Source: Phycisphaerales bacterium (GTDB lineage Bacteria > Planctomycetota > Phycisphaerae > Phycisphaerales > UBA1924). From it: a stretch of DNA of 64,000 bases. Positions 18,794 to 29,107 of this stretch are shown piece after piece. The position numbers and the translations under genes are program-made. The notes under the pieces were generated by a model. That model had not been told where the DNA came from, made no database searches, and worked only from the letters and a program-made list of their open reading frames with translations. The stretch covers positions 2,976,001-3,040,000 of the forward strand of contig OZ245777.1 of assembly GCA_965227775.1 (NCBI GenBank), given 5' to 3'. Each line of letters begins with the position of its first letter. Position 1 is the first letter of the stretch.

Positions 18794-19741
18794 TCACTGC
18801 ACCAACCCCTTCGTCAATCGCATAAACGCCGTCTCAAGATTCACGGCCTCCTCCGTGAAGCTCGCAAGCCGGAAGCCGCTATTGATCAGGATGCTCGGCA
18901 CATCGGCGATCGCAACCGCACCCTCTTGATCGAGCGTCGCATGAATCTCGACGCCCTCATCCCCGTCGACTAATTCGGCCTTCTTCACGCCCGGCAGCTT
19001 CTTGAGCACGGCGGCCGCGTCGGGGGATCGCTCCGTGACACGGATGTGCAGCACCTGGCCGACGCGGGCGCGGCCAAGCGCCTCGCGCACCGTGCCGGTG
19101 TAGAGCAGTTTGCCCTGCTCGATGATGCCCACGACGTTGCACAGCTCCGCAAGCTCATGCAAGATGTGACTGGAGATCAGGATTGTCTTGCCCATCCGCT
19201 TGAGCTCCTTCAGGAGCTCGCGGATCTCAATGCGTGCTCGTGGATCGAGGCCTGACGCCGGCTCGTCCATGAGCAGGACCTTAGGATCGTGCAGCAGCAC
19301 GCGCGCGACGCTGAGGCGCTGCTGCATGCCGCGGCTGAGGCTGTTGACCTCTGCCGTCGCCTTGTACGTCAAGTCGGTCAACTCGAGCACGTCGTTGACG
19401 ACGGTCTTGCGCTGCTTGCCGTGGATGTCGTACGCGGCCGCGAAAAACTCGAGGTACTCCGTGACGACCATGTCCTCGTACGCACCCATGAAGTCGGGTA
19501 CGTAACCGATCAAGGGGCGGATGAGCCGATTCTGGTAGCCGATGGTGTTGCCGGCGACCTGGGCCTGGCCGCTGCTGGGCTTGAGCAGCGTGGCGAGGAT
19601 CTTGATCGTCGTCGTCTTTCCGGCGCCGTTAGGGCCGATGAAGCCGAAGCAATCGCCCTCGTCGATGGCGAGGTTGAGGTTGTCGAGCGCGACGAGGTCT
19701 CCGTAGCGCTTGGTCAGGTTAATTGTCTCGATGATCGGCAC
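18794..19741 (-). CDS. ABC transporter ATP-binding protein (ABC-2/DrrA type)
   Basis: GPNGAGKTT, LSRGMQQR, LMDEPASGLDP, SSHIL; ends LETAFMRLT. Confidence 0.95.
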   Translation of the reverse strand: MPIIETINLTKRYGDLVALDNLNLAIDEGDCFGFIGPNGAGKTTTIKILATLLKPSSGQAQVAGNTIGYQNRLIRPLIGYVPDFMGAYEDMVVTEYLEFFAAAYDIHGKQRKTVVNDVLELTDLTYKATAEVNSLSRGMQQRLSVARVLLHDPKVLLMDEPASGLDPRARIEIRELLKELKRMGKTILISSHILHELAELCNVVGIIEQGKLLYTGTVREALGRARVGQVLHIRVTERSPDAAAVLKKLPGVKKAELVDGDEGVEIHATLDQEGAVAIADVPSILINSGFRLASFTEEAVNLETAFMRLTKGLVQ

Positions 19742-19759
19742 GAATCCGTCCTCGTCTGT

Positions 19760-22252
19760 CTAGAAGTCTGGTCCCGACTGATCGCCTTCGTCGTCCGCGC
19801 CACCCAAGCCGCTGCCGGCCGTAGGTGTTGCCGAGATCGCCGGCGACGCCGGGTCCAGCGGGTACACCCATCGCACAAACGTCCGGCCGCGCAGGTTTGG
19901 ATCTCGCCCGTCGATGGTCATCGGCGTCGGGCAAGGGGCCCCACCGCTCGACCCACCTCCCACACCCATGTGCCCAAGCACGATGATGCACGGCCGAGTC
20001 ATCCACACACCCAAGTCGAGCCCGTGCATTGCGCGACGAGTCGCCGCACCATATTCGCTTCCGCCACTCGTGCGCGAGTCCGGCGGAGCTCCGATCTGAC
20101 TGATGAAGCTCGCAATCGTGAGCTGCTCTCCGACGCTGCGTGCATCGCCCGGCAGGTCCGCGCGATCTCCCATGCTCAATCGGGGCACGCCTCGACGATC
20201 GAGCAACTCTCGCAGCGAGACGTCGTCGGCCCCCGAACGCGACGTCACGGTCGCGAGATCAAGGGGCGTCCCCGGCTGCCAGGTGTCCCCCAGCCGGAAC
20301 GCGGCCGCGTCCATGATTGGGCGATTGGCGCTAATGCCCGGCTGCACGTCGAGCATGCCGTGGTTCACGATAATGACCACGTCGTAGAGATTGCCAGGAA
20401 GGTCGTGGACGAGACGGCCCGTCGCCTCGCTGGTGAGCTCGGTCGCGGGCAGGCCGACCGGACGGGGCGTGGCAACAAGTTCGCCGGGCGCACCGCCGTC
20501 GCCGACGGGCGTGAGCATGGGCCACTGCGTGGGTCCGGCCCATTGCACGGCGAGTTCCTTCATCGTCGAACGCACCGGGAAGGTCATCGAATCAGGCCGC
20601 GCAGCAAGCACCCGGTAGCCGCGATTGTCCGGGAAGCTGCCCAGGCTCGCCGTGAGCTCCGGCGACATCCAGGGGCTGACGGTCGCGACGATCGAGCCAT
20701 CGCCAGGCTGATCGGCATCGCCCACGCCGACCGTTGCCTGACCGTACCAGGGCACGATGAGCCCAGCCCATGTTCTCGTGCGCTGCACGTTCTGCCCGTA
20801 CACGTGGTCGATGACCGTCAGGTGGGCACCCTTGATGCTCGCGGGGCTGAGCAGCACGGCACCGCCCCACGCAATGCCGGTGAACACCGCCGTCACGCCC
20901 AGGAATGCCAGCCACGCGTGCTTCGCCCGGCCCGTCTTCTTGAGCACCGTAAAGCCCAACGGGCCTGCAACCAACCAATACGCGATGAACACAACGAATC
21001 CGAGTAGCACGCCAGCCGCAGGGCTGCCGGTCTGCGCGATGGCCGCATCGATGATGTGGTCATACGCGCGCACGCGCCGGTTTGGCGGGGTGATCTGCTG
21101 CGAGCTGCGGAGGTTCCACGGGCGCAGATCGCCGCGCCGCCCCAAGATGCGATGCCAGAAGCTCCCCGCCGATGGCGCGCCGATGCGGGCGAGCGAGTCC
21201 TCACCGGCGTCAAAGCCGACCAGTGTGACCTGGCCGATGCCAACCTGGCGTCGCACGACGATCGCATCGCCTTGCGGGTCGGCGATGATCACCGCGGCCT
21301 CTTCGGGGAGCGCGTCATCACGTGGCTGGAACGTGTGGGCAACCACCGTTGGCGGCAGGACGACGTCGCTTCGCAGCGTTAGGAACGGCCGGATCGGCCC
21401 GGTCGGATAGCTCGGGTTCCGAGTCGCCGTCACGCTCGGCATGATGTCGAACAGTGGGTTGTTGAGCTCGCCCGAGAGCCAGGTGCCGCCAACTTGCGGC
21501 ATGATGACGACGAGGTGACCGCCCTGCAACACCCATCGTCGCAGCGTGTCAGCGCGTTCGGCACCAAGCGAGACAGGCTCGCCTTGCGTCCAAACGAACA
21601 CGCCGTACTGGCTCAGCCCCGGGTACGAATCAGGCATGGTCGAGGGATCAAGCCGCGTCGACACGACCGTGGGTTCGTGCAGGCGGCTGTCGTAGGCCTC
21701 GGTCCGCCCCTCGCCATAGACGGTCAGCCCCGCCGGCTTCGTCCCGATGACGCCGATGAGCCCGGCCGTCTCAGGGGCCAGGCCTCGCGGCGACAAGTGG
21801 GCCTCGCCGACCAACCGGCCAGCACGCGGAAGGCCGGCCTCGGCCTGCTCGGCCTCGTAGACACGGGCGAGTAGCCGATCGCCCGACGTGAAGCGATAGG
21901 GCAGCCGGACGTACGCCCAGATCTGCTGCCGCTGGCCGGGGTTGGAGGCAAGTCCACGCTCGTACAGCGTGGTGTCGCCGTCGGCGTCCTTTACTTCGAC
22001 TCGGATCAACAGCTCACGCTGGCGGACACCCCTGTCCGTGATGCCCAGCCGCAGGCCCGCCCACGAGCCCCGTCGCACGACGTCGCCCAGCCCGAACTCG
22101 ATCGCCTCGATCGCGACCTCGCCCTGGCCGATGCCCAAGGCTGCCATGGGGTCGGAAACGTCGTCCTGAGCAACGGCGGGAGAGGCCAGCACCGCGGCTA
22201 CAACGGCAATCGCACTCAAGAGCCGCCCCAGGACACCCGATCCACATGGCAT
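19760..22252 (-). CDS. Large membrane-anchored hypothetical protein, ABC-associated; start uncertain (22219-22252)
   Basis: Signal peptide, GATase-like segment (LRRWVLQGGHLVV, GIGQVTLVGFD), two TM helices; 18 bp upstream of the ABC ATPase. Confidence 0.7.
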   Translation of the reverse strand: MPCGSGVLGRLLSAIAVVAAVLASPAVAQDDVSDPMAALGIGQGEVAIEAIEFGLGDVVRRGSWAGLRLGITDRGVRQRELLIRVEVKDADGDTTLYERGLASNPGQRQQIWAYVRLPYRFTSGDRLLARVYEAEQAEAGLPRAGRLVGEAHLSPRGLAPETAGLIGVIGTKPAGLTVYGEGRTEAYDSRLHEPTVVSTRLDPSTMPDSYPGLSQYGVFVWTQGEPVSLGAERADTLRRWVLQGGHLVVIMPQVGGTWLSGELNNPLFDIMPSVTATRNPSYPTGPIRPFLTLRSDVVLPPTVVAHTFQPRDDALPEEAAVIIADPQGDAIVVRRQVGIGQVTLVGFDAGEDSLARIGAPSAGSFWHRILGRRGDLRPWNLRSSQQITPPNRRVRAYDHIIDAAIAQTGSPAAGVLLGFVVFIAYWLVAGPLGFTVLKKTGRAKHAWLAFLGVTAVFTGIAWGGAVLLSPASIKGAHLTVIDHVYGQNVQRTRTWAGLIVPWYGQATVGVGDADQPGDGSIVATVSPWMSPELTASLGSFPDNRGYRVLAARPDSMTFPVRSTMKELAVQWAGPTQWPMLTPVGDGGAPGELVATPRPVGLPATELTSEATGRLVHDLPGNLYDVVIIVNHGMLDVQPGISANRPIMDAAAFRLGDTWQPGTPLDLATVTSRSGADDVSLRELLDRRGVPRLSMGDRADLPGDARSVGEQLTIASFISQIGAPPDSRTSGGSEYGAATRRAMHGLDLGVWMTRPCIIVLGHMGVGGGSSGGAPCPTPMTIDGRDPNLRGRTFVRWVYPLDPASPAISATPTAGSGLGGADDEGDQSGPDF

Positions 22253-22538
22253 GTCTATCGGCCCCGAAGCCTGGCTCGTCGTCTTCGCCGCGGCAGCGAT
22301 CGGCATCGCAGGCATGCTGCTGACGCTCGCAGCCGCGATCCGCCGGAACATGGCGATCATCGACCTCGAGGTGCGTGTTCGCCATTTGCGAGCAGAGCAG
22401 CGACAGCGCATGATCGAGCGAGGGCTCATCGAACCCGAAGAGGGCGAAGTCATCGAGGTCGATGCAGTCGACGATCTGCTCGAGGTCGAGCCCATTGAAG
22501 ACCAGCCCGAACCCGTCGCCCAACCCAAGGCCGCCTGA
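22251..22538 (+). CDS. Small membrane-anchored acidic hypothetical protein
   Basis: TM helix, coiled segment, acidic tail; coding-like codon usage. Confidence 0.55.
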   Translation: MSIGPEAWLVVFAAAAIGIAGMLLTLAAAIRRNMAIIDLEVRVRHLRAEQRQRMIERGLIEPEEGEVIEVDAVDDLLEVEPIEDQPEPVAQPKAA

Positions 22539-22539
22539 C

Positions 22540-23985
22540 TCACGCTCCACCGCTCCGCAGCAGGTCGATCAGCACGGCGTGCGATCGCGCTCCCATGCGG
22601 AAGCACGGCAGCTCGAACTTCTCATTGGGTGAGTGCACGCGATCATCGTCGAGCCCGAACCCCATGAAGACAGTGTCGAGGCCCAGGCTGTCCTTCAGCA
22701 TGCCGGCGACCGGAATCGACCCGCCGGTCTTGATGAGCGCGACTTCCATGCCGGTGGACTGTTCCATAGCCTGCCGCGCCGTAGCGAGCCACTTCGAGGT
22801 GGGGTCCACGCTCGACGGATGCCCGCCGTGCATGTCTTCGAGCTCCCAGCGACAGCCGGGCGGCGTGCGGGCTTCGAGCCAGGCAAAAAACTTCTTGGCG
22901 ATGTCGTCGGGATCCTGATCCGCCACGAGCCGGAAGCTGACCTTCGCGGTGGCATACGCGGGGATAACGGTCTTGGCGCCCGCGCCGGTGTAGCCGCCCC
23001 ACATGCCGTTGATCTCGGCGGTCGGGCGTGCCCACTCTCGTTCGATGCTTGTAAAACCAGCCTCGCCGATGTCGGCTTCGGGCCCAAGCCCGATGTGGCT
23101 GAGCATGTCGTGCACATCAATGTTGAGCGACTTCCAGCCGGCGCGTTCCTCGTCAGTGGCCTCGATGACGGCGTCATAGAAGCCGTCAATTGTGATGTGG
23201 CGGTTCCCGTCCCACATCTGGGCCAGCACCTTGCTGAGTTCGTTCAGCGGGTTGGGCATCCGGCCGCCCCAGAAGCCGCTGTGCACGTCCTTGTCGGGGC
23301 CGTGCAGGCGGATCTGCGTGTACGCAAGGCCGCGCACGCCGTAAGTGATCGCCGGTCGCGTCCGAGAGATCATGCCCGTGTCGCTGATGAGGCAGAAGTC
23401 GCAGCCCTTAAGCTCGGCCTCGTAGTCCTTCAAGAACTTCTCGAGATTCTCAGAGCCGGACTCCTCCTCACCCTCGAGCAGCACGGTGATGCGCAGCCCG
23501 CCGGCCGCCTCGCCGCTCTCCTCCTTCCACGCCAGCAGCGCCTCGAGGAACATGGCTACCTGGCCCTTGTCATCGCTCGCGCCGCGCGCCACGACGTGGT
23601 CGGCCGGCGTCTTTGAGTCAGCCTGCTTGACGATCGGGTCGAACGGGCCGGTCTCCCACAGATCGAGCGGGTCGGGCGGCTGCACGTCATAGTGCCCGTA
23701 GAACAGCACGTGGGGCCCCGAGCCCGAATCCGCGTTTGGCGTCTTTGCCAGCACGCAAGGGTGGCCCGGCTCGTCACCGGAACCAGTGGGCAGCACGCGA
23801 GCGGTCAGCCCTGCCTCTTCCAGCCGTTCGGCCGCCCATTGCGCCGCCTCCTGGCACTGGGCCTTGTACTGCGGATCGGCGCTGATGCTGGCAATGCGCA
23901 GCCAATCGCAGAGCCGCTCGATGGACTGTGGTTCAATGCGCTCGAGCTTCTTGAGGACCTGATCGATCAAAGTTCGTGCTCCCAA
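22540..23985 (-). CDS. M20 family metallo-dipeptidase
   Basis: YGHYDVQP, ARGASDDKG, EGEEESGS, DVHSG, GGSIP, HSPNEKF. Confidence 0.93.
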   Translation of the reverse strand: MGARTLIDQVLKKLERIEPQSIERLCDWLRIASISADPQYKAQCQEAAQWAAERLEEAGLTARVLPTGSGDEPGHPCVLAKTPNADSGSGPHVLFYGHYDVQPPDPLDLWETGPFDPIVKQADSKTPADHVVARGASDDKGQVAMFLEALLAWKEESGEAAGGLRITVLLEGEEESGSENLEKFLKDYEAELKGCDFCLISDTGMISRTRPAITYGVRGLAYTQIRLHGPDKDVHSGFWGGRMPNPLNELSKVLAQMWDGNRHITIDGFYDAVIEATDEERAGWKSLNIDVHDMLSHIGLGPEADIGEAGFTSIEREWARPTAEINGMWGGYTGAGAKTVIPAYATAKVSFRLVADQDPDDIAKKFFAWLEARTPPGCRWELEDMHGGHPSSVDPTSKWLATARQAMEQSTGMEVALIKTGGSIPVAGMLKDSLGLDTVFMGFGLDDDRVHSPNEKFELPCFRMGARSHAVLIDLLRSGGA

Positions 23986-24055
23986 CGCGGCTTCTTACGC
24001 CGCCGAAGGGGCATCGTTGCAGCCTCGGCCGCAAACTTCCCGTGACCCCAAGGAA

Positions 24056-24577
24056 TCAGCCGCCGCGGCCTTGGGCTTCCTGCCGATCGAGGGCTTCGAG
24101 CATCATGTCAACCGGGGGCCGAGGATTTCGACCCACCACGTCACGGCCGCAATCGGGGCATGTCACCGATTCGCCCTGGGGCACGTACACCCAGGTGGCG
24201 TCCATCTTGGCCCTGCCGTCGCGGGTCCAGAAGCACGCCTCTGCGGGCATCAGAGTTCTGGTGCCGGTATTCGGGTTTTCCATGGGGAACGACATGCCAT
24301 CGGGCACCCGATAGTCGATGAACAACTCGCCGGTCTCGGTATCAATCAGCGTGTGCTCTTGGCTCCAGCGCTCGAGCGAGCCCGTCTCGCTTTGCAAAGC
24401 ACGCGCGCCGAGCACGGCCGCACCAATGAGACAGCCCAGAATGACAACCGCAAGGATGACATTCTTCGGTGGCAGGTTGCCCGAACCGCCGTCGCCACCA
24501 CTCTTCTTCGAGGGTTTGTGTTGCCGATCGAAGTCATCGATCAGGCTTCCAAGGCTGTCCTGCTGTGCCTGGGTCAT
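24056..24577 (-). CDS. Membrane-anchored hypothetical protein with Cys motifs (EACFW, TCPDCG)
   Basis: Single TM helix; start chosen at MTQAQ after a GGAG RBS; lies downstream of a prepilin gene. Confidence 0.65.
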   Translation of the reverse strand: MTQAQQDSLGSLIDDFDRQHKPSKKSGGDGGSGNLPPKNVILAVVILGCLIGAAVLGARALQSETGSLERWSQEHTLIDTETGELFIDYRVPDGMSFPMENPNTGTRTLMPAEACFWTRDGRAKMDATWVYVPQGESVTCPDCGRDVVGRNPRPPVDMMLEALDRQEAQGRGG

Positions 24578-24616
24578 CGCTGCTCCGCTGGGACAGGGCA
24601 CTTTCGAGTAGAGGAC

Positions 24617-25738
24617 TCAGGGCACAATGTAGGGGTCCGAACGCGAAATGTTCAGCGCCTTGGCCGGCCACGTCTCCAGGGCGTGACGCCAGAAAAAGCC
24701 GGGATCACCAAGACGGGTGCCCGTCGGGAACCACATGTCCGGATCCACCGCCTCGGCGTCGGTCATGAGCTTGACGTGGCCATCGAAGAACGCGAGGTGT
24801 CCGAGCACCTGCGTTGCGGCCACCTGCTCAGGATCGGTCTGCGTGCCATGGCGGAACGCGATGCGACGCATGTCCGGGTACTCACGCGGATTGGACACGT
24901 GCAGGCGGCGACCGTTCTCTCCCGGAGCCACGGTGCGATCGAGTTCTTTGCTGTCGCGCCATACCGCCCCAACGCCGCCGAACGCGCCGCCGTACCAGCC
25001 CGAGCCTCCGTCGCGAGTTCCCATCTCGTGGTCGAAATCGGGACGAGTGTCGCGATACGCGTAGCGGTGACCCTCGAAAACGGCCACCTTCTGGTAGAGC
25101 GTGCCCACGTTGAACAAAAACGGCTTGTAGTTTCCACGATCCTGGCCCGACCGGGGGTCGGTACCGCCCTGCGAACGTGGTTTGGTGCTCGACGTGAACT
25201 GGGTGCTCATGTTGTAACCGATCATCCGACCGGTCGTCCAAAACGGAGTCGCACTCGGCCACGGGGCAGCCTGGAAGCGGTTGGCCGGGCAGATGTACTC
25301 ATCGACCTGTTCGCGGTACCAATCAAAGCGCTCCGAGCGGAACTTCTCGCTATCGCGCGTGCGCCCTTCGATACGAACCCCCTCGCCCGGGCCGATTCGA
25401 CCGTTCATAAACGCGAGCGGGCCCATCCAGTCCCACGTCTGCATCGCGATGCCGTTGTACACATCAAAGCTCGCGTCGTAGCCACTCGTGTCGGGGCCAC
25501 CAACCACCGCGTCTTTGTACTCATTGGCATAGACGTTGATGCTCTGGACGATCGAGCGCAGGTTGCTCGCGCCCTTCACCTGTCGAGCCACGCCCCGGGC
25601 CTGACCGAGTGCGGGAAGGAGGATGCCGATGAGTAGCGCGATGATCGCGATAACCACCAGCAGCTCGATGAGCGTGAAGCCTCGCGTGCGAACGAGTCTC
25701 AGAGAAAAAGCCGATCGCGCGAACTGCCGATTGAGCAT
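24617..25738 (-). CDS. Prepilin-type N-terminal cleavage/methylation protein with H-X9-DG-like C-terminus (DUF1559-like)
   Basis: [32 protein letters not shown]...[18 protein letters not shown]. Confidence 0.9.
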   Translation of the reverse strand: MLNRQFARSAFSLRLVRTRGFTLIELLVVIAIIALLIGILLPALGQARGVARQVKGASNLRSIVQSINVYANEYKDAVVGGPDTSGYDASFDVYNGIAMQTWDWMGPLAFMNGRIGPGEGVRIEGRTRDSEKFRSERFDWYREQVDEYICPANRFQAAPWPSATPFWTTGRMIGYNMSTQFTSSTKPRSQGGTDPRSGQDRGNYKPFLFNVGTLYQKVAVFEGHRYAYRDTRPDFDHEMGTRDGGSGWYGGAFGGVGAVWRDSKELDRTVAPGENGRRLHVSNPREYPDMRRIAFRHGTQTDPEQVAATQVLGHLAFFDGHVKLMTDAEAVDPDMWFPTGTRLGDPGFFWRHALETWPAKALNISRSDPYIVP

Positions 25739-25869
25739 GCCGCCGTTCCTCCCGCTTTAGAACAATCCGGTCAGCAAGGTCCGGACGAGCCCAATGTTAG
25801 CTGGTCCAAAACCCCCGCACGAGCGTCTGAGGACGGTCTGGATCCCCGCCGAACGGTCTTAGCGCGGGC

Positions 25870-27183
25870 TTAATCACCAATGGTGTCGCTTGCCGTCGTC
25901 TGCGTACCCAATTCCAGCAATGCCGCGGCGGCTGCCCCGCGCCCACTCCGCACCGCACTCTCCATCGTGGCCGGCCAGCCCGTCGAGGTCGCGTCGCCGG
26001 CGATGAAGCAGCCCTGATCGGCGAGTCTGCCGGCACCGGGCCGCCTGGGCTGGAACTCGGGCGAAGCCGCGAACGTCGCCCGCCGCTCGAGCACGGGCCG
26101 GGCCCAGTGAACCCTCGCCTCCCGGGCCGCTGGGAGATAGCCGGCGATGTCGGCAACCGCTCGCTCGACCGTCTCCGACTCGCTCAGTCCAATCCAGTCA
26201 TCAGCCGCACTCGCCACCGCGTGGAGGAGGCTCGGGTCCGCGTGCTTCGCGAAGACCCACTGGACATCGCCTTCCACCAGCACTGCGTGCGGCACATCGA
26301 GCACGGGGCGGTCGTACTGCACGTGCACGCCGAGGATGGGGCTGAACGTCACACCCTCGTAGGGCTCGCGGCCGTCGACCGAGACGAGCCGGTTTGCGGC
26401 CGATGGATCGAGTGCGCACACGACCGCGCCGGCTTCGAACGCGCGCCCGTCCGCGCACTCGACGCGGCCGGGCGCAATCGCACTGACGCGAGTGCCAAGC
26501 TCGACCCCCCCGCCAGACTGTTGCAAAATCTCGGGCACGGGCTCGTACAGCTCGGCGAGCGGAGTGATCGGGACACCAATGCTGGCATTGGCCGCCCCCG
26601 CCAGCATGGCCCCCTGAACGACGTGCAGCGCCACCTCGGCGCTCACGTGCTCGGGCTTCAGGTTACACGCGCTGACGATGAGCGGCTCCCAGAACCGCGC
26701 GATCGCACTCGCCGTGGGGTTGGTCGCGGCCAGCCACTCCAGGAACGGCAGTGCCGCGAGCGTCGACCGGTCAAGGCCCTGGGCCGCACGGGTGGCGCGC
26801 GCAAGGCTGCGTTTGTCTCCGATGCTCAAGAACCTCGCCCTGAGCAGCGATGGTGCGAAGGCGAGTGCGCCCGGCAGCGGGATCGCCCGCAGCGTGCTTC
26901 GACGCCCGCCGGGCTCAATCCAGGTTTGTCGCGTTCCCCACGCGACCTTGTGTGCAACACCGAGGCGCTCGAGGAACTGCACGTACACACGGCAGGCACC
27001 CATCGCGACGTGCTGGCAGTTGTCGAGCACCTCGCCCGTGCGCGCGTCCTCGAACGACCCCGCGCGACCGCCCAGCCGCCGGCGTGCTTCGAGCAGCGTG
27101 ACGGCGACGCCATGATCGGCCAGCATAACCGCCGCAGCGATGCCCGCGAGCCCCCCACCGACAACGATTGCCCGGCGTTCCAT
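25870..27183 (-). CDS. hpnE: Hydroxysqualene dehydroxylase HpnE
   Basis: GGGLAG FAD motif, LGGRAGSF, DNCQHV.MG, TGWPATMESAVRSG; operon context. Confidence 0.9.
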   Translation of the reverse strand: MERRAIVVGGGLAGIAAAVMLADHGVAVTLLEARRRLGGRAGSFEDARTGEVLDNCQHVAMGACRVYVQFLERLGVAHKVAWGTRQTWIEPGGRRSTLRAIPLPGALAFAPSLLRARFLSIGDKRSLARATRAAQGLDRSTLAALPFLEWLAATNPTASAIARFWEPLIVSACNLKPEHVSAEVALHVVQGAMLAGAANASIGVPITPLAELYEPVPEILQQSGGGVELGTRVSAIAPGRVECADGRAFEAGAVVCALDPSAANRLVSVDGREPYEGVTFSPILGVHVQYDRPVLDVPHAVLVEGDVQWVFAKHADPSLLHAVASAADDWIGLSESETVERAVADIAGYLPAAREARVHWARPVLERRATFAASPEFQPRRPGAGRLADQGCFIAGDATSTGWPATMESAVRSGRGAAAAALLELGTQTTASDTIGD

Positions 27184-27186
27184 CGG

Positions 27187-28038
27187 TCAGGCTAACCGCC
27201 CGGCCACGAGCACGCGACGCCCGATCGCTCCGGCTGCGATGCCAAGCTTCGCACCCCCGCTGAGCGAGCTCGAGCCGCCCGCCCTGCCGAGCCGGCGTGC
27301 CACAAGCCGGTACGCGCGGGTCATCGCCCAGAGCGCCGGACCTGCGTCTCGGCGAACGAGCGATTCGAGCGATGCCGAAGCGTCGAGCATGTCGATCGCC
27401 TCGCGCAGGAGATCGTCTCGCACACGCGGATCGGTCGGGCCGGCATCGAGCCGGCGGAGCCGCTCCGCGGGCACATACCGTCGGCCCGCAAGCGCGTCCT
27501 CTTCGAGGTCGCGGGCAATATTGATGCGTTGCAACGCCCGCCCGCGCACGCCCGCGAGATCGCACGCCTCATCGCGGTCGACGCCTGCGCGTACACCCCA
27601 GATCGCCACACAGCACCGCCCAACGTTGCCCGCAACACGATCGCAGTAGGCATCAAGCTCTTCATCCGTGTCGAACTCGACGGATTCCAGATCAGCACGA
27701 ACGCCCTCGAGGAAGGAATCAAACCATGCGGGCCTGAGTTCGCACTGCTCTACGGCGAGTGCAAATGCGGGCCAGATACCGCCACCAGGATTACCAGCAA
27801 AGGCACTGAGGGAACGCGCCTCGAACCGGTCGAGCAACGCCGCTCGCTCGTCGGCTTCGGCGTGCAGATCGGCGGCGTCGTCGGCCAGCCGCATCCACGC
27901 ATAGACCGCGTGCATCGCATCGCGGCAACGAGCCGGCGTGAGTCGAATGCCGACGCCGAAACTCGAGCCGGCTTGTGCTGTAATCAGCTTGCAACATGCT
28001 ACCGACGACGTGACATCGCAGGGATCGGCGTCGATCAA
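27187..28038 (-). CDS. hpnD: Presqualene diphosphate synthase HpnD-like (squalene/phytoene synthase)
   Basis: GSSFG, YAWMRLADDAAD, YCDRVAGNVG, LQRINIARDLEED; TTG start overlapping the hpnC stop is inferred. Confidence 0.8.
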   Translation of the reverse strand: MIDADPCDVTSSVACCKLITAQAGSSFGVGIRLTPARCRDAMHAVYAWMRLADDAADLHAEADERAALLDRFEARSLSAFAGNPGGGIWPAFALAVEQCELRPAWFDSFLEGVRADLESVEFDTDEELDAYCDRVAGNVGRCCVAIWGVRAGVDRDEACDLAGVRGRALQRINIARDLEEDALAGRRYVPAERLRRLDAGPTDPRVRDDLLREAIDMLDASASLESLVRRDAGPALWAMTRAYRLVARRLGRAGGSSSLSGGAKLGIAAGAIGRRVLVAGRLA

Positions 28039-29057
28039 TGCCGCGAGGCGTTCGAGTTCGTGCTTGTGTTCCGCCACGTGGGTGAATATAGCGATGCAAA
28101 GCCTCGCAACGCGATCCATGCGCGAGTTGCCGCGCCGACTCGCGGTCGTTTCCACAGCGTCGTGCAACCTTCGCGATCAATTTTATGCAGGGTGGCCCGG
28201 CCGCCCATCGCCATCATCCCGATCAGGGATCCCAGCCTTCCCTCTACCAGCGAGGGAAGACCTGCGCCTTGCTGGTACAGTTCATTCGTTCGATCGACGA
28301 GTGGTCGGAGTGCTTTGATGTATCGAATCCGCGCCGCGGAGTCCTCGGCCGTCTGGCTCCATGCTCGCAGCTGCTCGACGTCGAATCCGGTGTCTTCTTT
28401 GGGCAGGTAGACCCGGTCGCGTTCGATCAGGTCTTGGCGGACGTCCTGGAGGTGGTTTGTCAGCTGCAACGCGGTGCAGATCGCATCGCTCTTGCGCCAG
28501 GCATCGGCGTTGGAGGGCTCTTCCTCGGGCGGGCGGAGGCCCGCGAGCATGAGCACCAGCCTCCCGACGGGGTTGGCGCTCAGTTCGCAGTAGCCGAGTA
28601 GTTGCCGCCATGTCTGGTAGCAGAGCACGCGTTGGTCCATCTCGAATGCCGAAATCAGATGTCCGAACTCAGCCTTCGGCAGGCGGTGTTTCTCGATGGT
28701 CGGCCGCAGAGCCACGAGCACGGGGTGCGATGGATCGTCTCGGTCGAGTTCGTGCCGAAACCAGCCCAACAGCTCCAGCGCCCGGGCCCGCACCATTTCG
28801 GCGGGGGCATCAGCTCGAATCAGAGGATCGCGCTCATCGCCGAGATCGTCCGCCCAGCGGCAGAAGGCGTACACAGCGGCGAAGTCCTCCACGAGATCCG
28901 GTGGCAACAACCGGCCGAGCACCACAAAGTTCTCGCTCGCTCGTCGGGCAAAGGCGACTGCGTAGGCCCGGGCCTCAGACTGCGAAACGCCGGCGCAGTC
29001 TGGGCCGAAGTCGGCCAGCATCTCGATGGGCGGCTTGGTTGGGTCGAGGCGGGCCAC
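28035..29057 (-). CDS. hpnC: Squalene synthase HpnC
   Basis: SENF, YAFCRWADDLGDE, AFEMDQ, YCELSANPVGRLVL, SDAICTALQLTNHLQDV. Confidence 0.9.
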   Translation of the reverse strand: MARLDPTKPPIEMLADFGPDCAGVSQSEARAYAVAFARRASENFVVLGRLLPPDLVEDFAAVYAFCRWADDLGDERDPLIRADAPAEMVRARALELLGWFRHELDRDDPSHPVLVALRPTIEKHRLPKAEFGHLISAFEMDQRVLCYQTWRQLLGYCELSANPVGRLVLMLAGLRPPEEEPSNADAWRKSDAICTALQLTNHLQDVRQDLIERDRVYLPKEDTGFDVEQLRAWSQTAEDSAARIRYIKALRPLVDRTNELYQQGAGLPSLVEGRLGSLIGMMAMGGRATLHKIDREGCTTLWKRPRVGAATRAWIALRGFASLYSPTWRNTSTNSNASRH

Positions 29058-29107
29058 GGCAGACCTCCGGCGCGAACCAACCCTACGCCGCCAACCTATC
29101 ATGTCGC

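Noticed and set aside
28038..28167. Long hpnC/hpnD overlap or frameshift
   Set aside because: A TTG start overlapping the hpnC stop explains it and both synthases retain their motifs
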